Part shown: positions 34,318-48,649 of the stretch, piece by piece
Layout of the letters: the number at the start of each line of letters is the position of its first letter
How positions within the stretch are numbered: the stretch's first letter is position 1
Assembly (NCBI RefSeq): GCF_009914755.1
Contig: NC_060943.1
DNA: 64,000 nt
Reading direction: 5' to 3' (one strand)
Source: the human T2T-CHM13v2.0 reference genome, Homo sapiens
Program-made: the position numbers and the translations under genes
The notes under the pieces: model-generated
Database searches by the model: none
Seen by the model: the letters and a program-made list of their open reading frames with translations, nothing else
What the model was told of the DNA's origin: nothing

Positions 34318-37300
34318 AACAACCCCACTACAATAAAGGAGAAAACAACAGCGAATTTCATCACCTGGAACATTGTAACATTCTAGCTACCCAGAAGTCC
34401 TCAGTCTGTCCATGTGACAACTTCACTGCTAGAACAACCTGCTTTCACAAAAACCAGTGCACTAAATTGAATTACAACAAAGGACCCTCACAGAGTCCAC
34501 TTTACTCCCCTGCTACCTCTACCAGAGCAGGTGGTATTATCCATGGCTGAGAAACCTGAAGACAGATCACATCACAGGACTCTTTGCAGACAATCCCCAG
34601 TAACAGCCCAGAGCCCAGTAGCTCCACTGGATGGTTAAACCCAGAAGAGCAATAACAAGCACTGCAGTCTGACTCTCAAGAAGCCCCATCCCAAGAGAAA
34701 AGGGGAGACCATCACATCAAGGGATCACCCCATGAAACAAAAGAATCTGAACAGCAGCCTAGAGCCTCAGGTCTTACGTCTGACATAGACTACCCAAATG
34801 AGAAGGAACCAAAACAAAATTCTGGTGATATAAAAAAGCAAGAATTTTTTTAACACCTTCAAAAGACCACACTAGCTCACTAGCAGTGGATCCAAACCAA
34901 GAAGAAATCCCTGAATTGCCAGAGAAAGAATTCATAAATTCCATTATTAAGCTACTTAAAGAGACGCCACAGAAAGGTGAATATTAACTTAATGAAAAAA
35001 TTTTAAAATACGGGATATGGATGAAAAAAGTCTCCAGAGAAATAGACAGCATAAATAAAAAACAATCACAACTTCCGGAAATGAAAGGCACACTTAAAGA
35101 AATGCAAAATATAGTGGAAAATTACAATAGAACCAAACAAGTGAAAGAAAGAACTTCAGACCCCAAAGAGAAGGCTTTTGAATATTCCAATCTAACAAAG
35201 ACAAACAAAACAGAATTTAAAAATGAGCTAAGTCTCCAAGAAGCTTAGAATTATGTTAAACAATAAAATCTAACAATAATTGGTGTTCCCAAAGAAGAAG
35301 AGAAATCTAAAAGTTTGGAAAATTTATTTGAGGGAATAATTGAGAAAAACTTTCCTGGCCTTGCTAGAGATCTAGACACCCAAATACAAGAAGCCCAAAG
35401 AACACCAAGGAAATTCATCACAAGAAGATAATCACCTAGGCACACAGTCATCAAGTTATCTGAAGTCAATATGAAGGAAAGATTTTTAAGAGTTGTGAGA
35501 CAAAAGCATCTGGTAAACTATAAAGAAAAACGTATCAGATTAACAGCAGATTTTTCAGCAGAAACCCTAAAAACTAGAAAGAATTGGGGTCCTAAGTTTA
35601 GCCTCCTTAAACAGAACAAGTATCAGCCAAAAATTTTGTATCCAGTGAAACTAAACTTCATAAATGAAGGAAAGATACAGTCTTTTTCAGACAAACAAAT
35701 GCTTAGAGAATTCACCACTACCAAGCCACTACTATAAGAACTGCTATAAGGAGTTCTAAATCTTGAAACAAAACCTCAAAATACAATGAAATAGAACCTC
35801 CTTAAGGCATAAATCTCACAAGGCCTATAAAACAATAATACAATAAAGAAGGTATTCAGGCAACGACTAGCACAATGAATAGAATAGTCCTTCACACCTC
35901 AATACTAACGGTGAATGTAAATGGCCTAAATGATCCAGTTAAAACATACAGAATAGCAAAATGGATAAGAAGACAAATATCTGTTGTCTTCAAGAGACTC
36001 ACCCAACACTTAATGACTCACTTAAGGCAAAGGGTTGGAAAAAGATATTCCATGCAAATGTACCCCAAAAGAAAGCAGTAGTAGCCATTCTTACATCAGA
36101 CAAAAAAGACTTTAAAGCAAAAACAGTTTTTAAAAAAAGATAAAGAGGGACAAAAAAAAAAAACTAGTCCAACAGGAAAATATCACAATTCTAAATATAT
36201 ATGCACCTAACACTGGAGCTCCTAAATTTATAAAACAATTATCACTCGACCTAAGAAATTAGATAGATGGTAATACAACAACACAACTATAATGGGTGAC
36301 TTCAATACTCTACTGACAACACTAGACAAGTCATCAAGACAGAAAGTCAACAATAACAAAAAAAAATGGACTTAAGCTATACCCTAGAACAAATGGGCTT
36401 GACAAATATTTACAGAATATTCTACCCAACAACTGCAGAATATACATTTTATTCTTCAGCACATGGAACATTCTTCAAGATAGACATATGATAGGCCACA
36501 AAACAAGTCTCAATAAATTTAAGACAGCAGCCATAAAAAATGATGAGTTCATGTCCTTTGTAGGGACATGGATGAAATTGGAAATCATCATTCTCAGTAA
36601 ACTATCGCAAGAACAAAAAACCAAACACCGCATATTCTCACTCACAGGTAGGAATTGAACAATGAGAACACATGGACACAGGAAGGGGAACATCACACTC
36701 TGGGGACTGTTGTGGGATGGGGGGTGGGGGGAGGGATAGCTTTAGGAGATATACCTAATGCTAAATGACGAGTTAATGGGTGCAGCATACGAGCATGGCA
36801 CATGTATACATATGTAACTAACCTGCACATTGTGCACATGTACCCTAAAACTTAAAGTATAATAATAACAAAATAAAAAAAAGAAAAAAAAAAAAAATAA
36901 ATAAATAAATTTAAGACAATCAAAATCATATCAACTACTCTCTAAGACTACAGTGGAATAAAATTGAAATTCAACTCCAAATGAACCATCAAAACCATGC
37001 AAATACATGAAAATTAAATAAATTTTGGAAATTAAATAAATACATGGAAATTAAATAAAACATTAAACTTAAGTTCAACCCATTTTTGAATGATTGCTGG
37101 ATGAAATCAAGACAGAAATTTAAAAATTCTTTGAACTAAAGATAATAATGACACAACCTATCAAAACATCTGGGATACAGCAAAAGCAGTGCTAAAAGGA
37201 AAGTTCATAGCATCAAGTGCCTACATCAAAAAGTCTGAAAGAGCATAAGTAGACAAGCTAAAATAACACCTCAAGGACCTAGAGAAACAAGAACAAGCCA

Positions 37301-37755
37301 AACCCAAACCTAGCAGAAGAAAAGAAAGACCAGAACTAAATAAAACTAAAACAAACAAAAAAAATTCAAAAGATGAATGAAATGAAAAGCTAGCTCTTAG
37401 AAAAGATAAACAAAATTGTTAAGCCATTAACAGAATTAACCAAGAAAAGAAGAGAGAAGATATAAATAAGCTCCATTAGAAATGAAAGAGAAAATATTGC
37501 AACTGATGCCACAGAAATACAAAAGATCACATTCAGGTCTACTGTGAACATCTTTACATGCAGAAAGTAGAAAATCTAAAGGAGATGAATAAATTCCTGG
37601 TAATGTACAGTCCTCCTAGATAAAAAAACAACAACTCTGAACAGACTAATAACAAGCCAGATTGAATAATAATTTAACAAATTGCCAACCAAAAATAAAA
37701 GTTCAGAACCAGATGGATTCACAGCTGAATTCTATCAGACATTCAAAGAAAAATT
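34318..37755 (+). mobile_element. L1PB-type fragment (inverted paralog of 17211-20563)
   Basis: ORF 35471-35737 RIRLTADFSAETL...KIQSFSDKQMLREFTTTKPLL matches 18831-19253. Confidence 0.88.
36527..36903 (+). mobile_element. 5'-truncated young L1 (L1PA2/3-like 3' end), right arm only
   Basis: gatgaaattggaaatcatcattctcagtaaactatcgcaag...aaagtataataat plus poly(A). 15-bp TSD aataaatttaagaca. The left-arm site at about 18027-18041 is empty. Confidence 0.92.
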
Positions 37756-40275
37756 GGTGGGGGTGGGGCCCAGATGGCTGACTAGAAGCAGCATCCCATA
37801 GAAAAGAACCATAATAGCATGTAAATCTTGCACCAGCACCTGAGGTATCCAGGTTCTCTCATCAGAACTGACTAGGTGGCTGGCATGACCCATGGAGAAG
37901 AAGGAAAAGCAATGTGGTGTGGCAACCCACCTGACAGCCAAATGGGGCTGGAGAGCCCCCAACCCCAGCCAAGGGAGGCGGTGAGTGAGCAGGCTACCCA
38001 GTCTGGGAAACTGTGCTTTCTCCATGGAACTGTGAAACCCATGGACCAGAAGATTCAATTTGTGAACCCACGCCACTGGAGCCTAAGGTTCCAACTGTTG
38101 GAAACAAGAGCTTGGAGTCACAAAGAAAACAAGCACTCAAACAAGGAATTTCTCAGCAAGGCAAATTTACTTCTGTAGAGAGGTGCTGCTCATGTCTCTG
38201 GCTGTTGTGAGAGCACACCATACAAGAGAGGGAAGGGGTTTGTATCCCTAATGCAGTCTCTACTTCTGCATCCTCTCCTCATTGGCTGGAGTCAGACCAC
38301 ACACTCTAACTCGATTGGCTATTCTAAATCAAGACTGGCAGGAAGGTTGTTTACAGAGTAGGTAACTAGGAGTGAGGAGGAATTCTTCCAAATAAAGAAG
38401 AGATGTGGGTTACAGATTGGGACTGGTTGGAAGAGTTGTTTACAGAGCAGGTAGCTAGGAGCAGGAAGGTACAAGGAAGTTGATTTCCAGAACAAAGAAC
38501 AAGGAAGCTATCCTTTGAAGAGGAACTTATTATGCCTGACACAACCCTGGAGCTGAGTAGATTCTCAACAGCCTCTCAGCTAGAATCTGCTTAAGCCTGC
38601 CAAGTTCCCAGGGGAGGGGTGACCAACACCACAGCTGTGGCTGGCTGCTGTCTAAGCTGTTTGAGCTCCTTGGGGGAGGGACAGCAGCCAGCACGGGGAC
38701 TCACAACTGCCTAACAGGCTAAGATCCTTGGGTGGGGAAAGGCAGCAGCCATATCTATAGCTCCTGACCACACTTTTCCCCTGCTAGAGCCAGGGAGGCT
38801 GGACAGCTTGGTCTCAAGAGGTGTTCCCCACAGCCCAACACACCGGCTGTGGCTGACTGCAGCCAGAATGTCTCTTCAGGCCTGACCCTCACCCATCCCT
38901 CCTCACTGGGCAGGGCCTCCCTCCAAGAACTCCAACAGCTCCAGCCAGGGGCTCAGGGACAGAACTGTGATCTCCCTGGGCCTGAACCCCTAGCGGGAGA
39001 GGTGGTTGCAGTTTCTGTGGACCAGCAGACTTAGCCTTTCTTTCTGCTAGTTCTGTGGAATTCAGGCAGCCCAGATGACTGGGTTTCCACCCATCAAAAC
39101 ACCCCCCTCCACCAAGGAACAGTCAAAGTGCTTCATTAAATGGGTTCTGCTCCCCGTGCCACCCAACTGGGTGAGACCCTTCAATAGGGGTTGTCGGACA
39201 CCCTATACAGGAGCAATCATACTGGATTCAGGTTGGTGCCTCTTGACATCAGTGATCTCAGAGGAAGGAGCAGGCACCATTCTTTGCTGTTCTCCAACCT
39301 CCTTGAGTGACATCTCCAGGTACAGGAGTAAACCAGATGAATAGAGCCTGAAGTGACCCCCCAGCAAACTGCAGCAGCCCTACAGAAGAGGGACCTGACT
39401 ATTGAAAGAAAAACAAACAAACAGGAAGAAACAACAACAGCATCAACAACAAAAGCGTACCCACAAAAACCCCATCCAAGGCTGGGCATAGTGGCTCACA
39501 TCTGTAATCCCAATACTTTGGGAGGCTGAGGCAGGCAGATTGCTTGAGGTCAGGAGCTCGAGACCACCCTGCCAATGTAGCGAAACCCAGTCTCTCCTAA
39601 AAAATACAAAACTTAAACAGGTGTGGTGGTGCATGCCTGTAGTCCCAGCTATTCGAGAGCCTGAGACATGAGAATCATTTGAACCTGGGAGGCAGAGGTT
39701 GCATTGACCCAAGACTGTGCCACTGCACTCCATACTGGGTGACAGAGTGAGACTCTGTCTCAAAACAAACAAACAAAAAAACTCATCCAAGGGTCAGCTG
39801 CCTCAAAATGTTGAAATTAGACAAACTCATGAAGATGAGAAAGAATCACCAAAACCCTCTGAAAGGCCTTATCTCCTAGAGATGATCACAATGTCTCTTC
39901 AGCAAATTCACAGAACTGGACAGAGGATGAGATGGATGAAGTGACAGAAGTAGGCTTCAGAAGATGTGTGATAACACACTCCGCTGAGCTAAAGGAACAT
40001 GTTCTAACCCAATGCAAAGAAGCTAAGGAACTTGATAAAAGGTGAGAGGAAATGCTAAGTAGAATAACCAGTTTAGAGAGGAACATAAATGACCTGATGG
40101 AGCTGAAAAACACAGCATGAGAACTTCATGAAGCATACAAAAGTATCAATAGCCTAATTGACAGGCAGAAGAAAGGCTATCAGAGTTTGAAGACCACCTT
40201 GCCAAAATGAGGCAAGCAGACAAGATTAAAGAAAAAAGAATAAAAAGGAACAAATAAGGCCTCTGAGAAATATGG
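37756..40275 (+). mobile_element. L1 5'UTR/ORF1 (inverted paralog of 14669-17210) with MER61 LTR (38096-38541) and Alu (39480-39781)
   Basis: Same nested insertions at the same sites; TSD caac. Confidence 0.88.
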
Positions 40276-43200
40276 TGTTCTGGGCAGGAAATGCATGAGG
40301 GGAGAAGAAAACACACACACAATACCATTAAGGGTAAACAAGCTTTATCCCACCTAAAAGGCAATGCAGATATAATAAGCAAATTGATATCATAAGCAAA
40401 TTGCAATGGGAAAGGGAGAAGGGAAAATATGTAAATAAATGTACAAAACCAAACTATGTGGTCCATAGTTCACCCTATTTAAAAATATGTAGTCCTCATA
40501 ATATTCCATTTAACAGCCTGTTGTAACTCTTTGGTGTTAAGCCCAAGCACGTCTAATATATGCTGGTGCCACCACCAGAAACGTGTCCCATCACACCACC
40601 ATAAGTGGTGTCTCTCTCTGATGTTGGAAGAGACAGTGCCAAGGACATTTTCGCTGGAGGTAGGAGGTGGGGTCATAAAAGGAATAGCAAAGTACCTTGT
40701 TCAAAAGGATCAGATATAGTTACACTCATCAGACTATGGGGGATTCGTCACCACACCAGGAAGCAACAGCCTGGGCTCCAGAGTCGGCCACCCATCTGTG
40801 CACAAACAAGGAGAGGTCTCTTGAAGCCTTGGTGCAGTCTTGGACCCTGTCTCTTTTTGTAACAAGTTGTTTGGCATGAGGCCCAGTGATGAGGGCCCTT
40901 TGCGACTGGGCTCAGGGAACACAAAAAGGTCAAGTTGTTTTTGTGATTGTCTATTGTTTTTCAATAACTAACGTATAGGAATAGATTGAAATAGAGATTC
41001 TTTCTGAAATAGCGCTGGATGAACGCCTCAAGGGGTTCACACAACCTGTGCCAGGACTTGGTGACCATTGTTTGTGTCCATGTTCAATTTAGTTCAAATT
41101 TAATATTTAACATGTCCTCTACATTCGGCCTCAATTGGATACTCAATTGTAGGAAAATACCCTTACAGATACAAGGGGAAGGCATAATTGATATAGATTA
41201 CAGATACAGGGTAAGGACAAGAGAATTAAAAGCACAATTAATAAAAACCACACCCACCATGGCTTTGCAAGGAGAGTCATATTGTGAGAACTGCCAGAGA
41301 TATACACACAACATTCAGTATGCAGTAAGGTGCAAACCCCTCCTTGGGTTGCGGTAAGCATATCTAATGCCATTTGATTTTGCAACACAACAGTACTCAG
41401 ATGAGCAAATTCATCTGATAACAACATAAATTCAGTGCTACTATCATTAAGAGCTTTTTCTACATGTAAGGTAAATCTTTTAATTTGTTGCTGAAGCAAG
41501 ATTGTACGGGCGGCAGGGGAGAATACTGTGATAGGGTACCACCACCAGGGAGTCCAGTGCATTGGTAACCAGCGATGTTTGTAAGCATCTAGATTACTGG
41601 GGAGGGGAATATTAACCTGGATGGTGAATGTAATTAATGGCCACCCCCAAGTGCATCTCCCCATCCAATGCAGGGACAGGTATCACCACCCATAGGATCT
41701 GCATACCCAGAGGGCCCCCCAGGGGACAGCAATGGATCTACTGTAATCATAGTGTACTAATCTCTTATTAAAATAGGAAAGAGATTGTGGTTCATTGGGG
41801 GCAATGTTGTTGATTTGGAGTATGTGTTGACAAATGTCTGAAGAAACCCCAAATAAACATTAGAGGAGCCATTTAAGGTCTCCAGACAGAGTGGGAACTG
41901 TATGGAATCCGGCCACCAGCACAGCAGGTTTTCAGTATATTCCATTCCAGGATTATTGGGCAGGATACCAAGGCTTTTGATGCAAGGGGAGGGTGGAGTT
42001 CATCTTTTGTCTGACTTGGCAAAGATAGATTGCTTAGTGTGGTGAAAGGAAGCCCAGGTTGGATTGCAAGTGTTGTTGTTGTTGTGGCCCTACTGGTAAC
42101 AATATAGCCATTCAGAAATGTTGTCAGGGACAATTCTGCAAGGTAGCACATTCCAGGCGGCCTCCGGCAACTCAACATATAGCCAACATTGACTGCGGTT
42201 GGCTTCAGTTGCAGCAGTGGCTACCAAGTTGATGAATTTATTCTTGGCTTCAGACACAAAGACACAGGTGCTGACGAGTAGTAGATAGATTATTTCTTGT
42301 AATAACAAAAACAGAGGGGAACAAGATATTGTTTTTCATCTTTAGGAAATTGTACTATGCCTTCATTTCCTGCTTTCATAGCTACAAAGTCACCAGCCTT
42401 AGGGTCAGGATCTGATGGACGCTGTACCCATATTTCAGCTCCAGGATTTAAGCTACCTGTACCAGGGGATCCGAATCCCCCAGTTCTGTATGTAGCCTCT
42501 GTTGGGGCAGAGATTTCCTCAGGGGTTGTTGACAAGGTACCACTAACAATTGAGCAACCCACATTTGTGGTTTTAGAGCAAAAGAATCTGGAGTGTATAA
42601 AATGACCTTTAACTCTCCCTGGTAATCGCTATCAATTATAGCACCATACATTATAATGCCTCTCATTGCAAGGCTTGAACACGTTGTAATCCATTCATCC
42701 GCATTCATGTTTACCGTTATGGTGGAAATTTTGGCCTGCTGTTCTTCCTGCTGATTAAGTAGTCTGTCAAGAGAAAGCAGAGACTCATGAGCATCAATAT
42801 GGAAAACAGGGCCGGGTGCGGTGGCTCACGCCTGTAATCCCAGCATTTTGGGAGGCCCAGGTAGGTGGATCACGAGGTCAGGAGATCGAGACCATCCTGG
42901 CCAACATGGTGAAACCCCGTCTCTACTAAAAGTACAAAAATTAGCTGGGCATGGTGGTGCGTGCCTGTAATTCCAGCTACTTGGGTGACTGAGGCAGGAG
43001 AATTGCTTGAACCCCGGAGGCAGAGGTTGCAGTGAGCGAGATTGTGCCACTGCACTCCAGAATGGTGACAGAGCTAGACTCCATCTCAAAAAAAAAAACA
43101 AAAAACAAAACAAAACAAAACAAAAAACCAGTGATAATGGTAGTGTGTGCTAGGATTGAGATATCTCCCCAGTATTGTTTTCCCCAAACCTCTTTATTCC

Positions 43201-45397
43201 CAATTAACCATTTGCTTTGTTGCCTGGGGCATCCAGGTAGTAAGACCATTTGGTATTGACCAAGAGTTGGTATAGAAGTGAAAAATCCCTCTGGTCTCCT
43301 TCTGAATAGCTCAGGGGAACCGCTACTAGTTCAGCTAACTGGCTGCTCCCACCCCTTCCTTCATCAGAAATGCTTTTGTTTTTAATAGGATTATAAGCCA
43401 CAGCCTTCCAGCATTGATTCCCACCAATGTATTTGGTGGATGCATCAGTAAACCAAGCATGTTTCTGATCCTCTGGGCTTAGTTCTTTAAAGGATTTGCC
43501 CCATTGGGTGGGGGAGGTTTCCTTCCCTATCTGCAGGACTTGCTCGGTGGTTTCCTGAGCTGGGAGATTTTGTACATCCTTATGTAAAAGTGATACTCAC
43601 TTTGGTTTTGACTTAGCCTGGTCTTGTATGTACCATGTCCATTTTATGATGCTACTTTCTTGGACATGTCCTATCTGATGGGTTTTGGGGGAACTCAAGT
43701 CCCAAGTCATAATAGGAATTTCGGGCCTCATAAAGACATCATGGTTGAAGCAGAGGTGTTCCATTTCCAGCAAAGCCCAATAGCAAGCTAACAATTGCTT
43801 CTCGAAAGGGGTATAAGCTTTTCTGGCCTCTGGCAGTTTCTGGGTCCAAAACCTGAAAGGTACCCTCTTCCCATCTTGTTTCTAAGGCTCCAATTAGCCT
43901 GTTGATCTAGGACAGTTACTTGCAGTTCTCCTGGCCCATCCTGTATGGACCATAGATCCAGGGCCAGTTGCACCGCTTGTTTATCTTGTTCAGAAGCCAT
44001 GCTGTCTGTCTCTCCCCAATGAAAGTCATAGTGTTTTCTAGTGGCTGCATGCAGAGGTTGTAAAATATTACTCAAGTGAGGAATATGATGTCTCCAGAAT
44101 CCAGAGATGTCAATAAATGTCTGGGCCTCCTTTTTAGTGGTAGGGGTTGCAAATTCTAGTATTTTAGCCCCTTTACCTTTTGTAAGATGGACTATATCTC
44201 TGCATTCCATAGGATGCCAAGGTATTTTACAGTTTGTGCAGGTCCTTGAATTTTGCTAAGCTTAATTTCCCATCCTTGAGATAGGAGCTGGGTTTTTACC
44301 TGCTCCAAGCCCCAGCAAAGTAGTTCTTCAGTTTTAACCTGACCGAGTCATTCTGACAGCTGCTTTTTTTCAGCAATAGGGTGATAGCTTTGAGCCTGAT
44401 CAGTCAAGATATAGGCCTGGCATTGGGCCAGGGCCAGTCTGGAAATCACACTGGCATTTTCCTTTTCCAACTTACATTTCTCTTATAGCAACCAGCCCGT
44501 ATCTTGACACATTAACTTATAAGCAGTAAGCAAACACCATCCACTCTGGGAGATCCCTCAGCATCTCCTTTGCTGACTGGAATCTCCTGCAGCACTTCCC
44601 GCACAGTCAAAGGTTTAAATTGCACTAATTTAGATTCTCAGTTCTCACAAAGGCCAGTTCCCCTTGACCATTCAGTTGCCAAGGGGGAAAACTGGGGGAG
44701 TTCCCATCCTGAGACATGGGAAGTCCCTGAGCCTCCAGCCCCATCCTTCTGGCCAAAAAGCGGCATACTTTTGTTTCCAAATACTGTTTGTGACACCAAA
44801 AATGTTCTGTGCAGGAAACCCGCGAGGGGAGAAGAAAAGACCCACACACAATACTTTTAAGGGTAAGAAGTTTTATACCACGTAAATGGCAATGCAGATA
44901 TAATAAACAAATAATATAATAAGCAAATCAATATAATAAGCAGATTGCAGACATAATAAGCAAATTGCAATGGGAAGAGGAGAATGGAAAAGGTTTACAC
45001 TCACCAGACTGTATATATTTACACCACCAGACTGGGAAGAAACAACCTGGGCTCCAGAGTCGGCCACTCATCCGCGCACAGATGAGGAGAGGTCTCATGA
45101 AGCTTTGGCGCTATCTGGGACCCTAGCTCTTTTGTAATGAGTTTTTTGGCATGAGGCTTAGTCATGAGGGCCTTTTACGAATGGGCTCAAGGAACGCAAA
45201 AAGGTCAACTTGTTTTTGTGCTTGACTATTGTTTTTCAATAATGAATGTATAGGAATAGATTGAATTAGAGATTTCTCTGAAACAGCGCGGGATGAATGC
45301 CTCAAGGGGCTCACACAACCTGTTCCAGGACTTGGTGACCATTGTTTGTGTCCAGATTCAATTAAGTTCAAATTTAATATTTAACTTTACCTCCATA
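40276..45397 (-). mobile_element. Internally deleted class III provirus (LTR66/HERVL66-like), right copy
   Basis: 5' LTR 44803-45397, PBS ending 44798, RT/RNase H ORFs 43788-44210 and 43204-43401, dUTPase ORFs 42448-42708 and 42290-42562, env TM ORF 41143-41664, 3' LTR 40276-41123. Outer LTR remnant at 45398-45483. Confidence 0.88.
42810..43127 (+). mobile_element. Full-length Alu (AluSc-like) in ERV pol
   Basis: Same insertion site as the truncated Alu at 11222-12330. Confidence 0.9.
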
Positions 45398-45971
45398 CCA
45401 GACTATGGAGGATTCACCACCAGAGTGGGCAGTAACAGGCTGGGCTCCAGAGTTGGCCACCCATCTGTGAACACATGAAGAGGAAAAAAAAAAAAAAGTG
45501 AAAAACATTATCCCACAGTTTGCAAAATATATTACATTTAAACAGTTGTAAATACATGAACATAACATCTCAGTCATAATCAAAATTAAGTATCTGACAA
45601 CACACTCGAAAGTTTGGGAGAAATAGAAAAGTGTTTGTGTCTTCCCCAGGCCCACAGTTCCAGTGCCCTGTGCTCCCTCATTGTCATGGGGTTGCCATGG
45701 GCCCCACAGGATATGGGAGGCACAGAGCAGATGGTGGCTGAAGGTGGGGTGTCTTGTGGGACCAGCTTCAAGATCAGAGACCTTGGTTCATTGTATTGAA
45801 ATCAGCCAGCTCAGGAAAAGAGACCTTGCTGCCTCAAGCTCTATGTCCATCTGCATTAGCGATGTAAGGAGGCTTGAGCACCCATGGGCACACAAACCCA
45901 TCCCACTCCAATATTTCATCAACTATTGAGGAGTCTGAATCCATGTTCTTGAGGAGCATATGCTTCTGCAG

Positions 45972-46562
45972 TTACAACCACTATGGAAAACAGTATGGAG
46001 ATTCCTTAAAGAACTAAAGGTTATCTACCATTTGTTCCAGCAATCTCAGTAATGGCTATCTCCCCAGAGGAAAGGAAGTCATTATATGAAAAAGACACTT
46101 GCACATGCATGTTTATAGCAGCACTATTTGCAATTGCAAAAATATGGAACTAGATAAAATGCCCATCAATATTGAGTGGATAAAGAAAATGTGGTACAGG
46201 TATACCATGGAATACTACTCAGCCATAAAATGGAACAAAATAATGGCATTCTCAGCAGCCTGGGTGGAGTTGGAGACCATTATTTTAAGTAAAGTAACTC
46301 AGAAATGATAAACCAAACATCATGTATTCTCATTTATAAGTGGGAGCTAAGCTATGAGGATGCAAAGGCATAAGAATGATACATGAATTTTCGGGGAGGA
46401 AAAATGGGAGTGGGTAAGGGATAAAAGGCTACACACTGGGTAGTGTTTACTGCTCAGATGATGGGTGCGTCAAAATCTCAGAAACCACCACTAAAGAACT
46501 TAGCCATGTAACCAAACACCACCCGTTCCCCTAAAACCTATTGAAATTTAAAAAAAGAAAAA
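45972..46562 (+). mobile_element. L1PB-like 3' end
   Basis: ORF 46099 KKMWYRYTMEYYSAIKWNKIMAF; 3'UTR and A tail. Confidence 0.85.
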
Positions 46563-48649
46563 CCATCCCAATTTCTCATTTTAAAATTGGGAAACTGAGG
46601 CCCCAAAAGAGGCTGGAAATTAGAGCCCCTAAATAATAGAAAGCCCTGTGCTCTCCTTCTCCACATGGGCTATTTTTGTCTCCATATTCTCAGATAAGCA
46701 CACACAGACACACACACAGAAACACTTCTCAGGGAAAGATCATGGAAGCGAGGATAGAGAAGAGGCAGACAGAAACCAGGCATAAGACAAGGAAAAAAAA
46801 AAAAACCCAGAATAGTGGCAGCTCTGCTATAAGCCAGTGCATGCACTCCTCTAGCTACGTGTCCAGGGGCACAGAGAATGAGCAGGAGGATCCTCCAGGT
46901 TTCCAGGGTTCTCCATCAGCTGGGGTCATCTCCAGGTCAGTTTCAAGAGGACAGGACTGGGGTCCTACTGTCCAACTCTGTAGGTACCTGAAATGGAAAT
47001 GAGCTATGTCCCCATCTCAGCCTAGCATAGACAATGGCTACAGCAAAGCCTTTTCATACCTCATAAATAAGAGTACTTGAAGTGGGTGACCTCAATGGTT
47101 TCACATACCCATAAGTGTCTGCTGGCCTTTGTTCTTCATTGGTGAACCAAGACTCTTTGCTCTGAGACTGCAAAAATGCTTCTACTCCCTGGAAGTCCTT
47201 CAGAGTGAGGCATGGTCACCCCAGAGGCATCTTGGGTAGATAAAGCTGAGATAGAGCGAAATGTGCCATATAACTGGACTCTGAGTCTGAAGCCCAGGGA
47301 AAATACTAGTTCCTGTTGTGTTCTTGAGATGATCATTTGGAAGTGGTAGAAAACAGTTTCCCTGGATGAGGGGTTGTCCCTCATGAGTAAAGAGCACACC
47401 CCAAAAGGTGGAGGCAAAGAGAGGACAACGGAGGCTTCCAAGGTTACTCTTATCGCACTTGGAGCCTCCGGATGCTGCTCCTTTGTCCCCTGGGACCCTG
47501 GAGAGCCAGTGTCTTGAGGACCCAAACATAAAAATAGCTTTGTTCTGTGAGGCTCCTGCATGGGGCTGCAGTGCCAGTGATGGCCTCTAGGTGGTGAGAG
47601 CCTTCTGGGTTTTTGGTGCCCACTGAGCTTTGCTGGAGCAGCTGGAGCAAAGAAGTCACACCGAGGTCATGCACCTTGAGTTATTATTAACGATCCCCAT
47701 ATTATCAAGTGGTCAAAAGCAGGAAGGAGAATTTGAGATTCCCCCATGCATTCACTTAGCCAGTCTTTCCCTTACACTCACCCTGTGCCAGCTACCCTGG
47801 TGGACCCAACATGTGGTACAGAAAATGATTGAATCATACCTGCACCGTACCCTGAGGACCAGTCTGAGGACAGGTGACCAAAAACACTAAAGCAAGTATA
47901 CGTGAAAGAAAAGAGCAACTGCTATAATATAAAGTAGAATGTTGACAGAAGAGCTGGGAAATCATGACATGGAGTGACCCAAATGCCTCACTGAGATGAC
48001 ATTTATACCATGATGACAATGACAATAGGGAGCCAGCGCTGCAAAAGAATGTGTCAGAAGAAGCCACCCTTAGTAAAGAATCTCACAGGTGTGAGTTGGG
48101 CAGAAGTTAGAAAGGGACCACTATGGCCGCAGAGAGCCTGAGACAGAGAAGCAGAAGGATGGAGAATCTTGGGGCCTGGGAGATGAAGCTAGTTATCTGC
48201 TTCTTTCTTACAACATTGCCCTGAAACTTAGCACCTTTCAACAACAAATACTATCTCACAATTTGTGGGGACCAGAAACTGGACACAGTTTAGTGGGGTG
48301 CCTCTTCCTCAAGGTCTTTAGGAGGCTTAGGCCTCATAAGAAGCTGGACTTCTCAACAGAAGCTGGACTGGGGAAGGATCAGCTTTAAACTCACTCATGT
48401 GGAAATTGGCAAGACTTTGTGTGGCCTGAGAGCCCACGTTTCTTCCATCTATTGGCCTGAGCACTCCCTCAGTTCTTTTTATGTGGGTCTGTACATAGAG
48501 CATCTCGTAGCATTGGAATTTGCCTTTTCAGTTTGAGGAATACAGTACAGAAATAGATAATTAAACAGAAAAACACAAAAAGAGAGACTGAGGGAGCAAG
48601 TAGGAAGAAAATGACAGCTTTTAGAAAAATATATATATAATCTTGAGAG

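Noticed and set aside
45486-45970. Possible processed-pseudogene fragment (LQKHMLLKNM..., faintly RHOX-like)
   Set aside because: Similarity is too weak, there is no homeodomain, and the adjacent A-run is on the wrong side and strand for a retrocopy tail.
47136-47890. Overlapping 60-141 aa ORFs in apparently unique sequence
   Set aside because: No recognisable homology, exon structure or motif. Cannot be supported without a search.
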